Shown: positions 32,222 to 41,731 of the stretch, piece after piece
Layout of the letters: each line of letters opens with the position of its first letter
Numbering within the stretch: position 1 is the stretch's first letter
Assembly (NCBI GenBank): GCA_016793645.1
Contig: JAEUHD010000202.1
Location: forward strand, 12,174 to 76,173
Length of the DNA stretch: 64,000 nt
Direction of reading: 5' to 3'
Origin: Verrucomicrobiales bacterium
Lineage (GTDB): Bacteria; Verrucomicrobiota; Verrucomicrobiia; Limisphaerales; UBA9464
Program-made: the position numbers and the translations under genes
The notes under the pieces: generated by a model
Told to the model about the DNA's origin: nothing
Database searches by the model: none
The model's input: only the letters and a program-made list of their open reading frames with translations

Positions 32222-35200
32222 ATGTCCTTCAGCCACTTTTTCATCCGGCGCCCCATCTTTGCCGGCGTGCTTTCGGTCCTGATCTTCCTGGTGGGCCTCA
32301 TCGCCATGTTCCGGCTTCCGGTTTCGGAGTACCCGGAAGTGGTCCCGCCCCAGATCGTGGTTCGGGCGGTGTATCCGGGCGCCAACCCGGGGACGATTTC
32401 AGAGACGGTCGCGGTGCCCCTGGAGCAACAGCTCAATGGGGTGGAGAATTCGCTCTACATGTTCTCCCAGGCGACGAGTGACGGGGTGATGACCCTGACG
32501 GTGACCTTCAAGCTGGGAACGGACATCGATCAGGCCCAGGTGCTCGTCCAGAATCGCGTTGCCCAGGCGCTGCCCAAGCTGCCGGAGGAGGTTCGCCGTC
32601 TGGGGGTGCTGACCATCAAGTCCACTCCCGATCTGACGATGGTGGTGCACCTGATCAGCGATGGCACCTATGACGACATCTACGTCCGGAACTACGGGAC
32701 GCTGCAGGTGAAGGATGTCCTGGCGCGGATTCCCGGGGTGGGCCAGGTGCAGATTTTCGGGTCCGGGGATTATGCCATGCGGGTCTGGCTGGATCCGGCC
32801 AAGGTGGCTGCGAAGGGAATGACGGCGGGCGACGTGGTCGCTGCGATCCGCGAACAGAATGTCCAGGTTGCCGCCGGAGCCGTGGGCCAGCAGCCCGTCT
32901 CCTCCCCGGTGGGATTCGAGGTTCAGATCAACGCCCGGGGACGGCTGGTCACGGAGGACGAATTTGGCGAGATCATCATCAAGCGGGGGGCGCAGGGGGA
33001 GACGGTCCTGCTCCGGGACGTGGCCCGGATCGAACTGGGCGCGGGTGAATTCGCGCTGCGGTCCCAGCTCAACAACAAGTCGGCGGTCGCAATCCCCATT
33101 TTTCAACAGCCGGGCAGCAATGCCCTGGAGTTGTCGCGCAACGTCCGGAAGACCATGGAGGAGTTGAAGAAGTCCTTTCCTCCGGGACTGGACTACGTCG
33201 TCGCCTATGACCCCACCGTCTTCGTCGCCCGTTCCATCGACGCGGTCGTGCACACGCTGTTCGAGGCGATCCTTCTGGTGGTCCTCGTGGTGCTCCTTTT
33301 CCTCCAGACGTGGCGGGCCAGCATCATTCCGCTGGCGGCGGTCCCGGTGTCCCTCGTGGGCACCTTTGCGGTGATGTCCGCCCTGGGATTCAGCATCAAC
33401 GCCCTGTCGCTCTTCGGACTCGTGCTCGCGATCGGCATTGTCGTCGATGACGCCATCGTGGTGGTGGAGAATGTGGAGCGGAACATTGCCCTCGGACTGA
33501 GTCCTGTGGAGGCGACGCGGAAGGCCATGGACGAGGTGACCGGCCCGATCATCGCCACCGCCCTGGTGCTGTGCGCGGTGTTCATTCCGACTGCATTCAT
33601 CAGCGGACTGACGGGGCAGTTCTACAAGCAGTTCGCGATCACCATCGCCATCTCGACGGTGATCTCGGCCTTCAATTCGCTGACCCTCTCGCCGGCGCTG
33701 AGTGCGCTGCTGCTCCAGGGACACGACCAGCCGCGCGACCGGGTGACGCGGGGGATCGAGGCGCTGTTCGGTTGGTTCTTCCGTCCGTTCAACCGGTTCT
33801 TCGCGTGGTCTGCCGCCCGGTACACCGCGGGTGTGGCCCGGGTGCTGCGGGTGAGTGGGGTCGCCCTGCTGGTGTACGTCGGCCTGGTGGTGCTGGGAGT
33901 CCGGGTGTTCAACGCGGTTCCGGCCGGATTCATTCCCGACCAGGACAAGCAGTACCTGATCTGCGTGGCCCAATTGCCGGATGCCGCCTCGCTGGACCGG
34001 ACGGATGCCGTCCTGCGCCGGATGACGGAGATGGCGCTGAAGGTTCCGGGTGTGGAGGCGTCCGTGGCGTTCCCGGGTCTGTCGCCCAACGGGTTCACCG
34101 CCAGTCCGAACTCGGGCATCACGTTCATCTGTCTGAAGCCTTTTGAGGAGCGGACGACTCCGGACCTGTCGGCGTCCGCCATCGCCGCGCGTTTGAACGG
34201 ACTCTTTGCGGAGATCCAGGAGGCGCGAACGCTGGTCATCAACGCGCCGCCGGTCAACGGATTGAGCACCGGGGGAGGCTTCAAGCTGTTCCTTGAGGAT
34301 CGGGGGAATCTGGGTTCGGGAATGCTGTATGGGACCACGTGGGGCATCATCGGACAGTGTTACGCCACCAACGTCCTCCAGGGTGTTTACTCCACATTCC
34401 AGATCAATGTACCCCGGATCGACGCTGATGTGGACCGGTTGAAGGCCAAGTCCATGGGCGTTTCGCTCGGCAGTGTTTTTGAGGCGATGCAGGTGTATCT
34501 CGGCTCCCTGTATGTGAATGATTTCAACCGATTCGGGCGGACCTATCAGGTGATCGCCCAGGCGGATGCCCCGTTCCGGGCGTCGGCCGACCAGGTGGCG
34601 CGCCTGAAGGTGAGGAATGAGGCGGGGCAGATGGTTCCGCTGGGGACCCTGGTGACGGTGAGGGAGGGGGCAGGGCCGGACCGGGTGATGCGGTACAACG
34701 GGCATCCCGCCGCCGAGATCAATGGTGCGCCGGCTCCGGGCTTCAGTTCCGGACAGGCCGAGGCCTTCATTGAGAATCTGGTGCAGGCGAACCTGCCCCA
34801 GGGAATGGCCTATGAATGGACGGAGCTTACCTACCAGCAGCGCATTGCTGGAAACACGGCCGTATATGTGTTCCCGCTTTGCGTGTTGCTCGTATTCCTC
34901 GTGCTGGCCGCGCAGTATGAAAGTCTGAGCCTGCCTCTCGTCATCATTCTTATCGTCCCCATGTGCCTGCTCAGCGCGATGCTGGGAGTGCTGTTGAAGG
35001 GAGGGGATAACAACATCTTCACCCAGATCGGGCTCATCGTCCTGGTCGGACTGGCCTGCAAGAATGCAATTCTCATCGTGGAGTTTGCACGGGAGCGGAA
35101 GGACGCCGGGGCGGACGTGGTATCGGCGGCCCTGGAAGCGTGCCGTCTTCGATTGCGGCCGATCCTCATGACCAGCATTGCGTTCATTGCCGGCGTGTTT

Positions 35201-35401
35201 CCCCTGGTCGTTTCCCACGGTGCCGGTGCCGAAATGCGGCAGGCGATGGGCGTCGCCGTCTTTTCCGGAATGATCGGGGTGACTGTCTTCGGGCTTTTTC
35301 TGACGCCCGTCTTCTATGTGGTGATCCTGCGGGTCGTGGACTCATTCCGCCGGAGGGGTCCGTCATCTGCATCGCCCGCCCCTGCGATCCCGGGCCGCTA
35401 A
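32222..35401 (+). CDS. RND multidrug efflux transporter permease (AcrB/HAE1 family)
   Basis: ATG 32222 gives MSFSHFFIRRPIFAGVLSVLIFLVGLIAMFRLPVSEYPEV, the canonical AcrB N-terminus. About 1,059 aa. The track ORF begins further upstream at 32159. Confidence 0.93.
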   Translation: MSFSHFFIRRPIFAGVLSVLIFLVGLIAMFRLPVSEYPEVVPPQIVVRAVYPGANPGTISETVAVPLEQQLNGVENSLYMFSQATSDGVMTLTVTFKLGTDIDQAQVLVQNRVAQALPKLPEEVRRLGVLTIKSTPDLTMVVHLISDGTYDDIYVRNYGTLQVKDVLARIPGVGQVQIFGSGDYAMRVWLDPAKVAAKGMTAGDVVAAIREQNVQVAAGAVGQQPVSSPVGFEVQINARGRLVTEDEFGEIIIKRGAQGETVLLRDVARIELGAGEFALRSQLNNKSAVAIPIFQQPGSNALELSRNVRKTMEELKKSFPPGLDYVVAYDPTVFVARSIDAVVHTLFEAILLVVLVVLLFLQTWRASIIPLAAVPVSLVGTFAVMSALGFSINALSLFGLVLAIGIVVDDAIVVVENVERNIALGLSPVEATRKAMDEVTGPIIATALVLCAVFIPTAFISGLTGQFYKQFAITIAISTVISAFNSLTLSPALSALLLQGHDQPRDRVTRGIEALFGWFFRPFNRFFAWSAARYTAGVARVLRVSGVALLVYVGLVVLGVRVFNAVPAGFIPDQDKQYLICVAQLPDAASLDRTDAVLRRMTEMALKVPGVEASVAFPGLSPNGFTASPNSGITFICLKPFEERTTPDLSASAIAARLNGLFAEIQEARTLVINAPPVNGLSTGGGFKLFLEDRGNLGSGMLYGTTWGIIGQCYATNVLQGVYSTFQINVPRIDADVDRLKAKSMGVSLGSVFEAMQVYLGSLYVNDFNRFGRTYQVIAQADAPFRASADQVARLKVRNEAGQMVPLGTLVTVREGAGPDRVMRYNGHPAAEINGAPAPGFSSGQAEAFIENLVQANLPQGMAYEWTELTYQQRIAGNTAVYVFPLCVLLVFLVLAAQYESLSLPLVIILIVPMCLLSAMLGVLLKGGDNNIFTQIGLIVLVGLACKNAILIVEFARERKDAGADVVSAALEACRLRLRPILMTSIAFIAGVFPLVVSHGAGAEMRQAMGVAVFSGMIGVTVFGLFLTPVFYVVILRVVDSFRRRGPSSASPAPAIPGR

Positions 35402-35415
35402 ATTTTCCCCAAACC

Positions 35416-36492
35416 ATGAGCACAATCCATTCCCTGTTCACCCCAGTTCAGATCGGAGCCCTCAGGCTCCCCAACCGCATCATGATGGCGCCGCTCACGC
35501 GGTGTCGGGCGGAGGGCGCCCATGTCCCCACGCCACTGATGGCGGAGTATTATGCGCAGCGGGCCTCCGCCGGATTGATCGTTGCGGAGGCCACCATGGT
35601 CCTGGAGGGCAATTCCTCCTTCTGGCGCGAACCCGGAATCTACTCCGAGGAGCAGGTGGCCGGATGGCGCATGGTCACGGATGCCGTCCACGGTGCCGGG
35701 GGACACATCTTCCTTCAGCTCTGGCACGGGGGGCGGTCCTGCCATCCGCTGCTCAATGACGGACGCCAGCCGGTCGCCCCGAGCGCACTGGCCATCCAGG
35801 GCGATGAGGTCCACACCCCCGAAGGCAAGAAGCCGTACGTTCTGCCGCGGGCGCTGCGCGATGACGAACTTCCCGGGATCATTGAGGGATTCCGGCTCGC
35901 CGCGGTTCGTGCGCAGAAGGCGGGATTCGACGGTGTGGAGATCCACGGAGCCAACGGATATCTGCTGGATGAATTCCTCCGCGATGGGACGAATCGTCGG
36001 GAGGGTCCGTACGGCGGTCCGGTGGCGAATCGGGCTCGGCTGCTGTTGGAGGCGACGGACGCCGCGATCGGTGTCTGGGGTGCGGGCCGGGTGGGGGTTC
36101 GGATTTCGCCGCTCAACAGCTACAATGACATGCGGGATTCCGACCCGGTGGGATTGACCCGTCATGTCGCCGCGGAGTTGTCAAAACGGCAGGTGGGATA
36201 CCTCCACCTGATGCGGGGCGATTTCTTCGGGGTCCAGAAGGGGGACGTGGTCACCGCCGCGCGGCAGGCGTTTGCGGGCAACCTGGTGGGAAACATGGGC
36301 TACACCCCCGCCGAGGCAGGAGCTGCCATGGATGCGGGGACCCTCCAGATGGTGGCCTTTGGTCACCACTACGTGAGCAATCCCGACCTGGTCGGCCGGA
36401 TTCAACGGGGAATTCCGCTGGTGGAGCCGAATCCGGCGACCTTCTACAGTCCGGGTCCTGCCGGTTATACCGATTATCCCGCGGCCGACTGA
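35416..36492 (+). CDS. Old Yellow Enzyme family NADH:flavin oxidoreductase (N-ethylmaleimide reductase-like)
   Basis: ATG 35416 gives MSTIHSLFTPVQIGALRLPNRIMMAPLTRCRA...FLQLWHGGR...GFDGVEIHGANGYLLDEFL, which are OYE hallmarks. Confidence 0.9.
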   Translation: MSTIHSLFTPVQIGALRLPNRIMMAPLTRCRAEGAHVPTPLMAEYYAQRASAGLIVAEATMVLEGNSSFWREPGIYSEEQVAGWRMVTDAVHGAGGHIFLQLWHGGRSCHPLLNDGRQPVAPSALAIQGDEVHTPEGKKPYVLPRALRDDELPGIIEGFRLAAVRAQKAGFDGVEIHGANGYLLDEFLRDGTNRREGPYGGPVANRARLLLEATDAAIGVWGAGRVGVRISPLNSYNDMRDSDPVGLTRHVAAELSKRQVGYLHLMRGDFFGVQKGDVVTAARQAFAGNLVGNMGYTPAEAGAAMDAGTLQMVAFGHHYVSNPDLVGRIQRGIPLVEPNPATFYSPGPAGYTDYPAAD

Positions 36493-36500
36493 GGGCCGAA

Positions 36501-39500
36501 TCAGAGTTCCCTCAACGCCGGGAGCAACGGGGCGGCCAGGGCACGACGGGTGGCGACCCAGGCCCAGGCCGCTCCGTTGGCCGCGACGATGAGGAGGGTC
36601 CAGGAAAGGGAACTCCACGGGATGCCGGATCCCGGAGTGAGAAGGGCAGGCATGACGGCGATGCCTGCCGAGACGGCTCCCAACCCGAGGCCCAGGAGCA
36701 ACAGGACCAGATGCTCCCGGAGAACGAGTCCGCGAATTGCAGACGCTTCAAATCCGAGGGCCTGCATGAGGGCCAGTTCCCCCCGGCGGTCCTGGACATT
36801 CCTCAGCACGAGGACGCCGAGCCCGAAGCTTCCCAGAAGGAGCCCCAGGCCTCCCAGCACTTGGAACGTGTTCAGGTACGTGTTCTGAACGGAATTGAAG
36901 CGATCCAGCCGATCCCGCGTGGTGATCAGCTCCAGTCCCGCATCCGAAAGGGCGCGGGTCAACTGGGCGGAAATGGCGCCCGCGGAATCCGGAGGGGCAT
37001 CGAGCAGGAAGGCTCGATGGCCGGTCTCGCTCGGGAACAGGCGGATGAAATCCGGGTCGGCGATGACGAGGTTTCCCTGGAGAATTGAGTTGGCCACGGC
37101 GCCCACAAGCCGGATCCGAAACGGACGGCCCCGCTCATCGGTGTAGTCCAGGCGATCGCCGAGGCGTTTTCCAAGGGCCCACTGGATGGAGTTGGCATCC
37201 CCCACCGCAGGGATTTCCTCGATGCCGTCCGCTCCCCGGGTCGGCTTCTGAAGCAGGACGTTCCAGCCGTTGGTCGTCGGTGTGCCGGTTTCCAACGCGG
37301 TGAAGGTGAACGCCTGTCGTTGGGCGAGGGAGTCCGGGGAGACGCCCAGCAGCCGGGGGCGCTGGGCCCGGTTCAGGTTCAGGCAACTGGCGTCGTCCCC
37401 GTCCCGAACCCGGAGGGGAACGACCGAGACCCGGGACATGGCCGAGGGGTCGAGTCCGTAGAACTCCCGGCCCCGGCGGGAATTGAGGTCCTGCGTGACG
37501 GGCAGGGACGACTCCCCCCAGAGCGCGAACCCTCCGGTCCCCGAACGTCGCTCGGTGGCGTCCTTCCCTGCATCGAGACGATTGGCCGCCACCGCGATGA
37601 TCAGAAAGGTCGCGCAGGCGAGGAGGAGGATGGTGGCGAGGCATCTCCCGGGCCGCCGGCGAAGGGATCTTATGGCGATGGAGCGGAGCGATGGTGCGAT
37701 GCGGGGCGAAACCCGGGACGCGCGGATCCACAAGCGGACCCCAAGGATTCCGCAGACCAGTCCGCTGGTCCCGGCGAGAAAGAACAGGGCCGGTTTTTGT
37801 CCGGAGTTGGATGCCAATCCCCCCGCGGAGGCACCGACGGCGGCGATCCCCGCCAGGACCGCCCCGCGTTGGACCCACGGAGATCCTGTGCGACGAGTCC
37901 CCGCGTCATCCAGGGTTTCGGTTCCGGACAGGAGGACTCGGGCTGGCTGCGCCACCCGGTTCCGGAGGGAAATCCACAGGGTGGCCGCGGCCACCAGCAG
38001 TCCCAGTGCAGCACCCGCGGCGACGGTTCCGATCCGGATAAAGAGCAGGAGCGATTCCCCCGCCACCGCCCCGGTCCACAGGGTGTTCAATCCCCAAAGA
38101 ATTCCCTTCGCATAGGCGAGTCCCAACAGGGCTCCGGCGACGGTTCCGATCGCCGCAACGCCGAGTCCCTCCCGGAAGAGCACCTGTCGGACGCGGCGGG
38201 GCGGCCAACCGAGGGCCAGCAGGACGCCGGTTTCCTGCAGTCTCAGGTCGAGGGCGAACTGGAACAGCATGGAGGTCAGGAGGAGGGACGCGACGATGAG
38301 GAAGAAGCTGAACCCGATAAAGAGACCTCCAAAGTCTTGTCCCGACGCGGCGCCCCTCCGGGCGATTTCCGCGACGGGCTGCCAGACCATCCCGAGGTCG
38401 TCCGGCTTCAGTCGGGATCGGATCTCCTCTGCGATCTGCTGGCGGGCGTTGGCGGCGTCAGCGGAGGGCGGCAGGAACCAGCGGACCGCAGTGAAATCCC
38501 CGAACCGATTCCCCCAAATCCGGCGACCTGCTTCGACGTTGATGAACGCCTTGGGAGTTCCCCGCCACTGTTTCCAATATGCCTCGTCGCGATCCCGGAT
38601 CTTGTGAACGAGGTCGAACCCGGCATCCCAATCCCGCGTGCTTTCAGCTTTGGCGAGGCCGGGAAACTCCGGCATGAGGGATCGGTCGGCGTGAACGCCC
38701 TCCAAGGGGATGACGGCACGGACGCGGAACTGATTGGTTTGTTCGACCAACGTTGTTCCAGAATCCGCCCGGTAGTACGCCACTTGAACCGCGTCCCCGG
38801 GATGAAGACCCAGGTCCTCAGCCAGCCAGGTGTTGACCAGGATTTCGTCGTCTTTGAGGTCCGCCGGCGTATAGGGAGGCCCCGCGGCGGTCACCATGGA
38901 GTAGGGGACCATTCGGTCCCCGGATGAAATCGAGTTGACCAGGTAGGTTAGGACGGGGGTCGGGGTGGCGACCGCGTTGGTCGAGACGGAGATCGCTGCA
39001 GTGGCGATCGGCGGGTCGATGAAGATCCGGCGGGAGGAGAGTTCCAGGAACTCGGGACCGGTCGCCCGGGAAAGGTTCGTCCCCAGGCGGAGGGAAGCTT
39101 CTGCGTCCTCGAGCGACCAGGTTTCCTCCAGGATCCGGGTCATTTCGCGGTTCGCGGATTCCGGATCCAGGGGACGGGAAAGATTGATCAGATCCGAATT
39201 CCAGAAACTTCTAATTCCCCCACTCCGCAACTCCGAGGTCTTGTGTTTCCAGCGATCAGACATTCGGGGAGTCTCCATGCGGGACAGCGGGCCCCCGAGC
39301 AGAAGATTGACGCGTCCGGGAAGTCCAGCAGCGACGGCCAGGGTGTCGTACGTAACAAAGGCATTCATCGGCGATCCGGATCCAGTGTGGAGTCCGAAGG
39401 TCCCGCCTTCCGCAGAGGAGAGAATGCGGTCGACTCGGACCCGCAGGGCGACGCTCTGATCGTCGCGGGGTGAGAGGATCGCCTCCCGTGAGAGGGCACC

Positions 39501-40025
39501 AGGGCGGTGAATCCGGAAAACGAGGGAGTCGCCAATGCCGACTTGAAGCTGGCGGGCCAAAGGTTCGCCGAGCCAGACGTTGTTTCCTGCGGGCGCGTTG
39601 GAACCAAGCCGGAAGGAAAGCGTGGTGATGAATCCAGGAGTGACCCCGTGAAGGCGTACACGGTTCGCTCGGGAGGTGCCGTCCTGGCGGGTTGCGGTTG
39701 CCGGTAGCACGAGTTCACCGGCGGGTGACCAGAACGGGCTCAGAACGTCACCGACCTTAAGTGCTCGGGATCCGATGGTAGGAAATCGCGAACGCATCCC
39801 GTCCGCCAGGTTCGTGGTGACAAACCGGTCGCGGAGATCCATCGCGGTGGCGATGCCAAACCCCAGTCGCTCCCGGACCCGCGTCTGGAGTGTGCCCCGG
39901 ACCGAATCCCCAACGACGAGCGCACCGACCAGAACGGCGGCGGCCACGGCCGTCCCGGCGAGCAGCCCGAGATGGGACCGCCAGAAGTGCCTTCGGGACC
40001 GCCGGGCGAGATCTCGGAGTGTCAT
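36501..40025 (-). CDS. very large FtsX-type ABC transporter permease (two FtsX modules with large extracytoplasmic domains)
   Basis: 1,174-aa ORF with N-terminus MTLRDLARRSRRHFWRSHLGLLAGTAVAAAVLVGALVVGDSV. The C-terminal module is FtsX-like (LMQALGFEASAIRGLVLREHLVLLLLG). Overlaps the ATPase gene by 4 nt. Confidence 0.8.
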   Translation of the reverse strand: MTLRDLARRSRRHFWRSHLGLLAGTAVAAAVLVGALVVGDSVRGTLQTRVRERLGFGIATAMDLRDRFVTTNLADGMRSRFPTIGSRALKVGDVLSPFWSPAGELVLPATATRQDGTSRANRVRLHGVTPGFITTLSFRLGSNAPAGNNVWLGEPLARQLQVGIGDSLVFRIHRPGALSREAILSPRDDQSVALRVRVDRILSSAEGGTFGLHTGSGSPMNAFVTYDTLAVAAGLPGRVNLLLGGPLSRMETPRMSDRWKHKTSELRSGGIRSFWNSDLINLSRPLDPESANREMTRILEETWSLEDAEASLRLGTNLSRATGPEFLELSSRRIFIDPPIATAAISVSTNAVATPTPVLTYLVNSISSGDRMVPYSMVTAAGPPYTPADLKDDEILVNTWLAEDLGLHPGDAVQVAYYRADSGTTLVEQTNQFRVRAVIPLEGVHADRSLMPEFPGLAKAESTRDWDAGFDLVHKIRDRDEAYWKQWRGTPKAFINVEAGRRIWGNRFGDFTAVRWFLPPSADAANARQQIAEEIRSRLKPDDLGMVWQPVAEIARRGAASGQDFGGLFIGFSFFLIVASLLLTSMLFQFALDLRLQETGVLLALGWPPRRVRQVLFREGLGVAAIGTVAGALLGLAYAKGILWGLNTLWTGAVAGESLLLFIRIGTVAAGAALGLLVAAATLWISLRNRVAQPARVLLSGTETLDDAGTRRTGSPWVQRGAVLAGIAAVGASAGGLASNSGQKPALFFLAGTSGLVCGILGVRLWIRASRVSPRIAPSLRSIAIRSLRRRPGRCLATILLLACATFLIIAVAANRLDAGKDATERRSGTGGFALWGESSLPVTQDLNSRRGREFYGLDPSAMSRVSVVPLRVRDGDDASCLNLNRAQRPRLLGVSPDSLAQRQAFTFTALETGTPTTNGWNVLLQKPTRGADGIEEIPAVGDANSIQWALGKRLGDRLDYTDERGRPFRIRLVGAVANSILQGNLVIADPDFIRLFPSETGHRAFLLDAPPDSAGAISAQLTRALSDAGLELITTRDRLDRFNSVQNTYLNTFQVLGGLGLLLGSFGLGVLVLRNVQDRRGELALMQALGFEASAIRGLVLREHLVLLLLGLGLGAVSAGIAVMPALLTPGSGIPWSSLSWTLLIVAANGAAWAWVATRRALAAPLLPALREL

Positions 40026-40714
40026 GACGTGACCAGGGCTCCGTCGCGAAGTTCCACGATCCGGTCCATCCGGCGTGCGAGGTCGGGGCTGTGGGTGACC
40101 ACGATCAAGGTGACCGATTCATCCCGGTTCAATCCGACCAGCAGGTCTCCCAGAACCTCGGCGTTGGCCTGGTCAAGGGCTCCGGTCGGTTCATCCGCCA
40201 GCACCAGGAGCGGGGAATTGATCAGGGCCCGCACGACGGCGGTCCGTTGCCGTTCGCCCCCGCTGAGTTGACCCGGAACGTGATTCGTTCGTGAACCGAG
40301 GCCCACCCGATCCAGGAGTTGGCGCGCCCGGTCCTCCGCGGAGGCGGGAGAAGTCCCTGTTTCTGCGAGGGTGGGGAGCAGGACGTTCTCCAGAACGGTG
40401 CACTGGGGCAGGAGGTGATGGCTTTGAAAGACAAATCCGATGCGACGGTTCCGGAGTTGCGCGAGTTCGCGGGCGTCCAGCGTGGAGAGGTCCCGGCCGT
40501 CGAAGTGGATGGATCCCGAGTCGGGACGGTCCAGGGTTCCGAGAAGATTGAGGATCGTGCTTTTTCCGGATCCGCTCGGTCCGAGGATTGCAATGCGTTC
40601 CCCGCGGGCGACCTGGAGACGCGCACTTTTCAGAACCGGGACCGGGACCTCGCCGGGGTACGACTTGGACACGTTCCGGAGTTCCAGCAGGGGGACCACT
40701 TCGTTGGCCGACAT
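40022..40714 (-). CDS. ABC transporter ATP-binding protein (LolD/MacB-type)
   Basis: Walker A GPSGSGKST, Q-loop, signature LSGGERQR and Walker B LLVLADEPTGALD are all present. Start set at the internal ATG 40714 (MSANEVVPLLELRNV); the track start is 40753. Confidence 0.9.
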   Translation of the reverse strand: MSANEVVPLLELRNVSKSYPGEVPVPVLKSARLQVARGERIAILGPSGSGKSTILNLLGTLDRPDSGSIHFDGRDLSTLDARELAQLRNRRIGFVFQSHHLLPQCTVLENVLLPTLAETGTSPASAEDRARQLLDRVGLGSRTNHVPGQLSGGERQRTAVVRALINSPLLVLADEPTGALDQANAEVLGDLLVGLNRDESVTLIVVTHSPDLARRMDRIVELRDGALVTS

Positions 40715-40813
40715 TCGGACGGCAGGGTAGTGCCGGAACGAAATGGAATCCATGGCGGATCGCCATTCCGTGCGGGCAATGTCGTCCGGGTGCCGGTGTG
40801 CGGCCCCGTCCGG

Positions 40814-41731
40814 CTACGACAACCGGTACACGCGACGGGCGTTCCGATGGAAGTACTTTGCCGAGGCCCTGGGGCCCTTGGTGGCGAAGTACTCCTGAAC
40901 AAGGTGAAGCACCGTCCCATAGGTGGCGAAATGAAGGCTCACGGGCCAGTTGCTTCCGAAGAGGACGCGGTCCTCCCCGAAGGGATGCCAGATGGCGTCG
41001 AGAACGGACTGGTAGACCGAAAGGTCCTGGGGCGCCGTGCCTCCGCGGCGGCCCGTTCCCTCCACCAGTCCGCTCACCTTCATGCTGACATTGGGGGCGT
41101 AGTGACAGGCGACCAGACCGGCGATCCATTCATTCGGTGGCGGCGTTTCTACCGGGACGTTGCTGCAATGATCCACGATGATCTGAAGGTCGGGGAGGGT
41201 CCGTCCGAGGTTGGCGGCCTCGGGCAGTTGTTCCGGGGGGATCAGGACGTCCACGGACAATCCCCGCCGGGCGAGGTGTTTCAGGTCGTCCTGGACGGCC
41301 CCCGGGGACTGCGCGGCGCGCAGGGTTTCGGAACCGATGCGTATTCCCCGAAAGCGGCGATTTCGGGCGAGGGCATCGAGCTGTTTCCGGAAGGTGGGCG
41401 CGCCGGGAGTCAGATTGCCCACGACGCCGAGGATCACGGGATTCCTGTCCGCGAGGGCAAGCAGCCACTCGTTGTCCTTCGGCCAGGGACTCGCCTCGAT
41501 GACCACGGTGCCGACCACGCCGAGCGGTTGGGTGAGCGCCGTGAACTCCGCGGTGAGCACGGGACGGTAGAGGACCGGATCCCGGGCATCCGGCCAGGGA
41601 ACCCCTTCAGCCCGGGTGGGATCGTAGAAATGGGTGTGGCTGTCGATGATTTGCGGCCGGGACGCTTCGGAGGTGGCGCACCCGGCGACCGTGGCGACGA
41701 TCGCGGACTGGAGGAAACCTCGACGATTCAT
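40814..41731 (-). CDS. amidohydrolase-2 family metal-dependent hydrolase with Tat signal / lipobox
   Basis: The internal ATG at 41731 of track ORF 40814..42577 gives MNRRGFLQSAIVATVAGC (twin-arginine motif plus Cys), followed by IIDSHTHFYDP (metal-binding HxH). The upstream 282 codons of the track ORF overlap nuoN out of frame and are Arg/Gly/Pro-rich noise. Confidence 0.8.
   Translation of the reverse strand: MNRRGFLQSAIVATVAGCATSEASRPQIIDSHTHFYDPTRAEGVPWPDARDPVLYRPVLTAEFTALTQPLGVVGTVVIEASPWPKDNEWLLALADRNPVILGVVGNLTPGAPTFRKQLDALARNRRFRGIRIGSETLRAAQSPGAVQDDLKHLARRGLSVDVLIPPEQLPEAANLGRTLPDLQIIVDHCSNVPVETPPPNEWIAGLVACHYAPNVSMKVSGLVEGTGRRGGTAPQDLSVYQSVLDAIWHPFGEDRVLFGSNWPVSLHFATYGTVLHLVQEYFATKGPRASAKYFHRNARRVYRLS

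Noticed and set aside
32399-35218. 939-aa minus-strand ORF. The same applies to 25727..27517(-), 18291..20228(+), 10758..12092(+), 40319..41869(+), 47875..49374(+) and 56019..57332(-).
   Set aside because: All are antisense to genes with strong family signatures (AcrB, ArgJ/ArgB, the giant protein, the lipoprotein, ATPase/amidohydrolase, NuoL/K/J, PSCyt). All have Arg/Gly/Pro/His-biased low-complexity translations.
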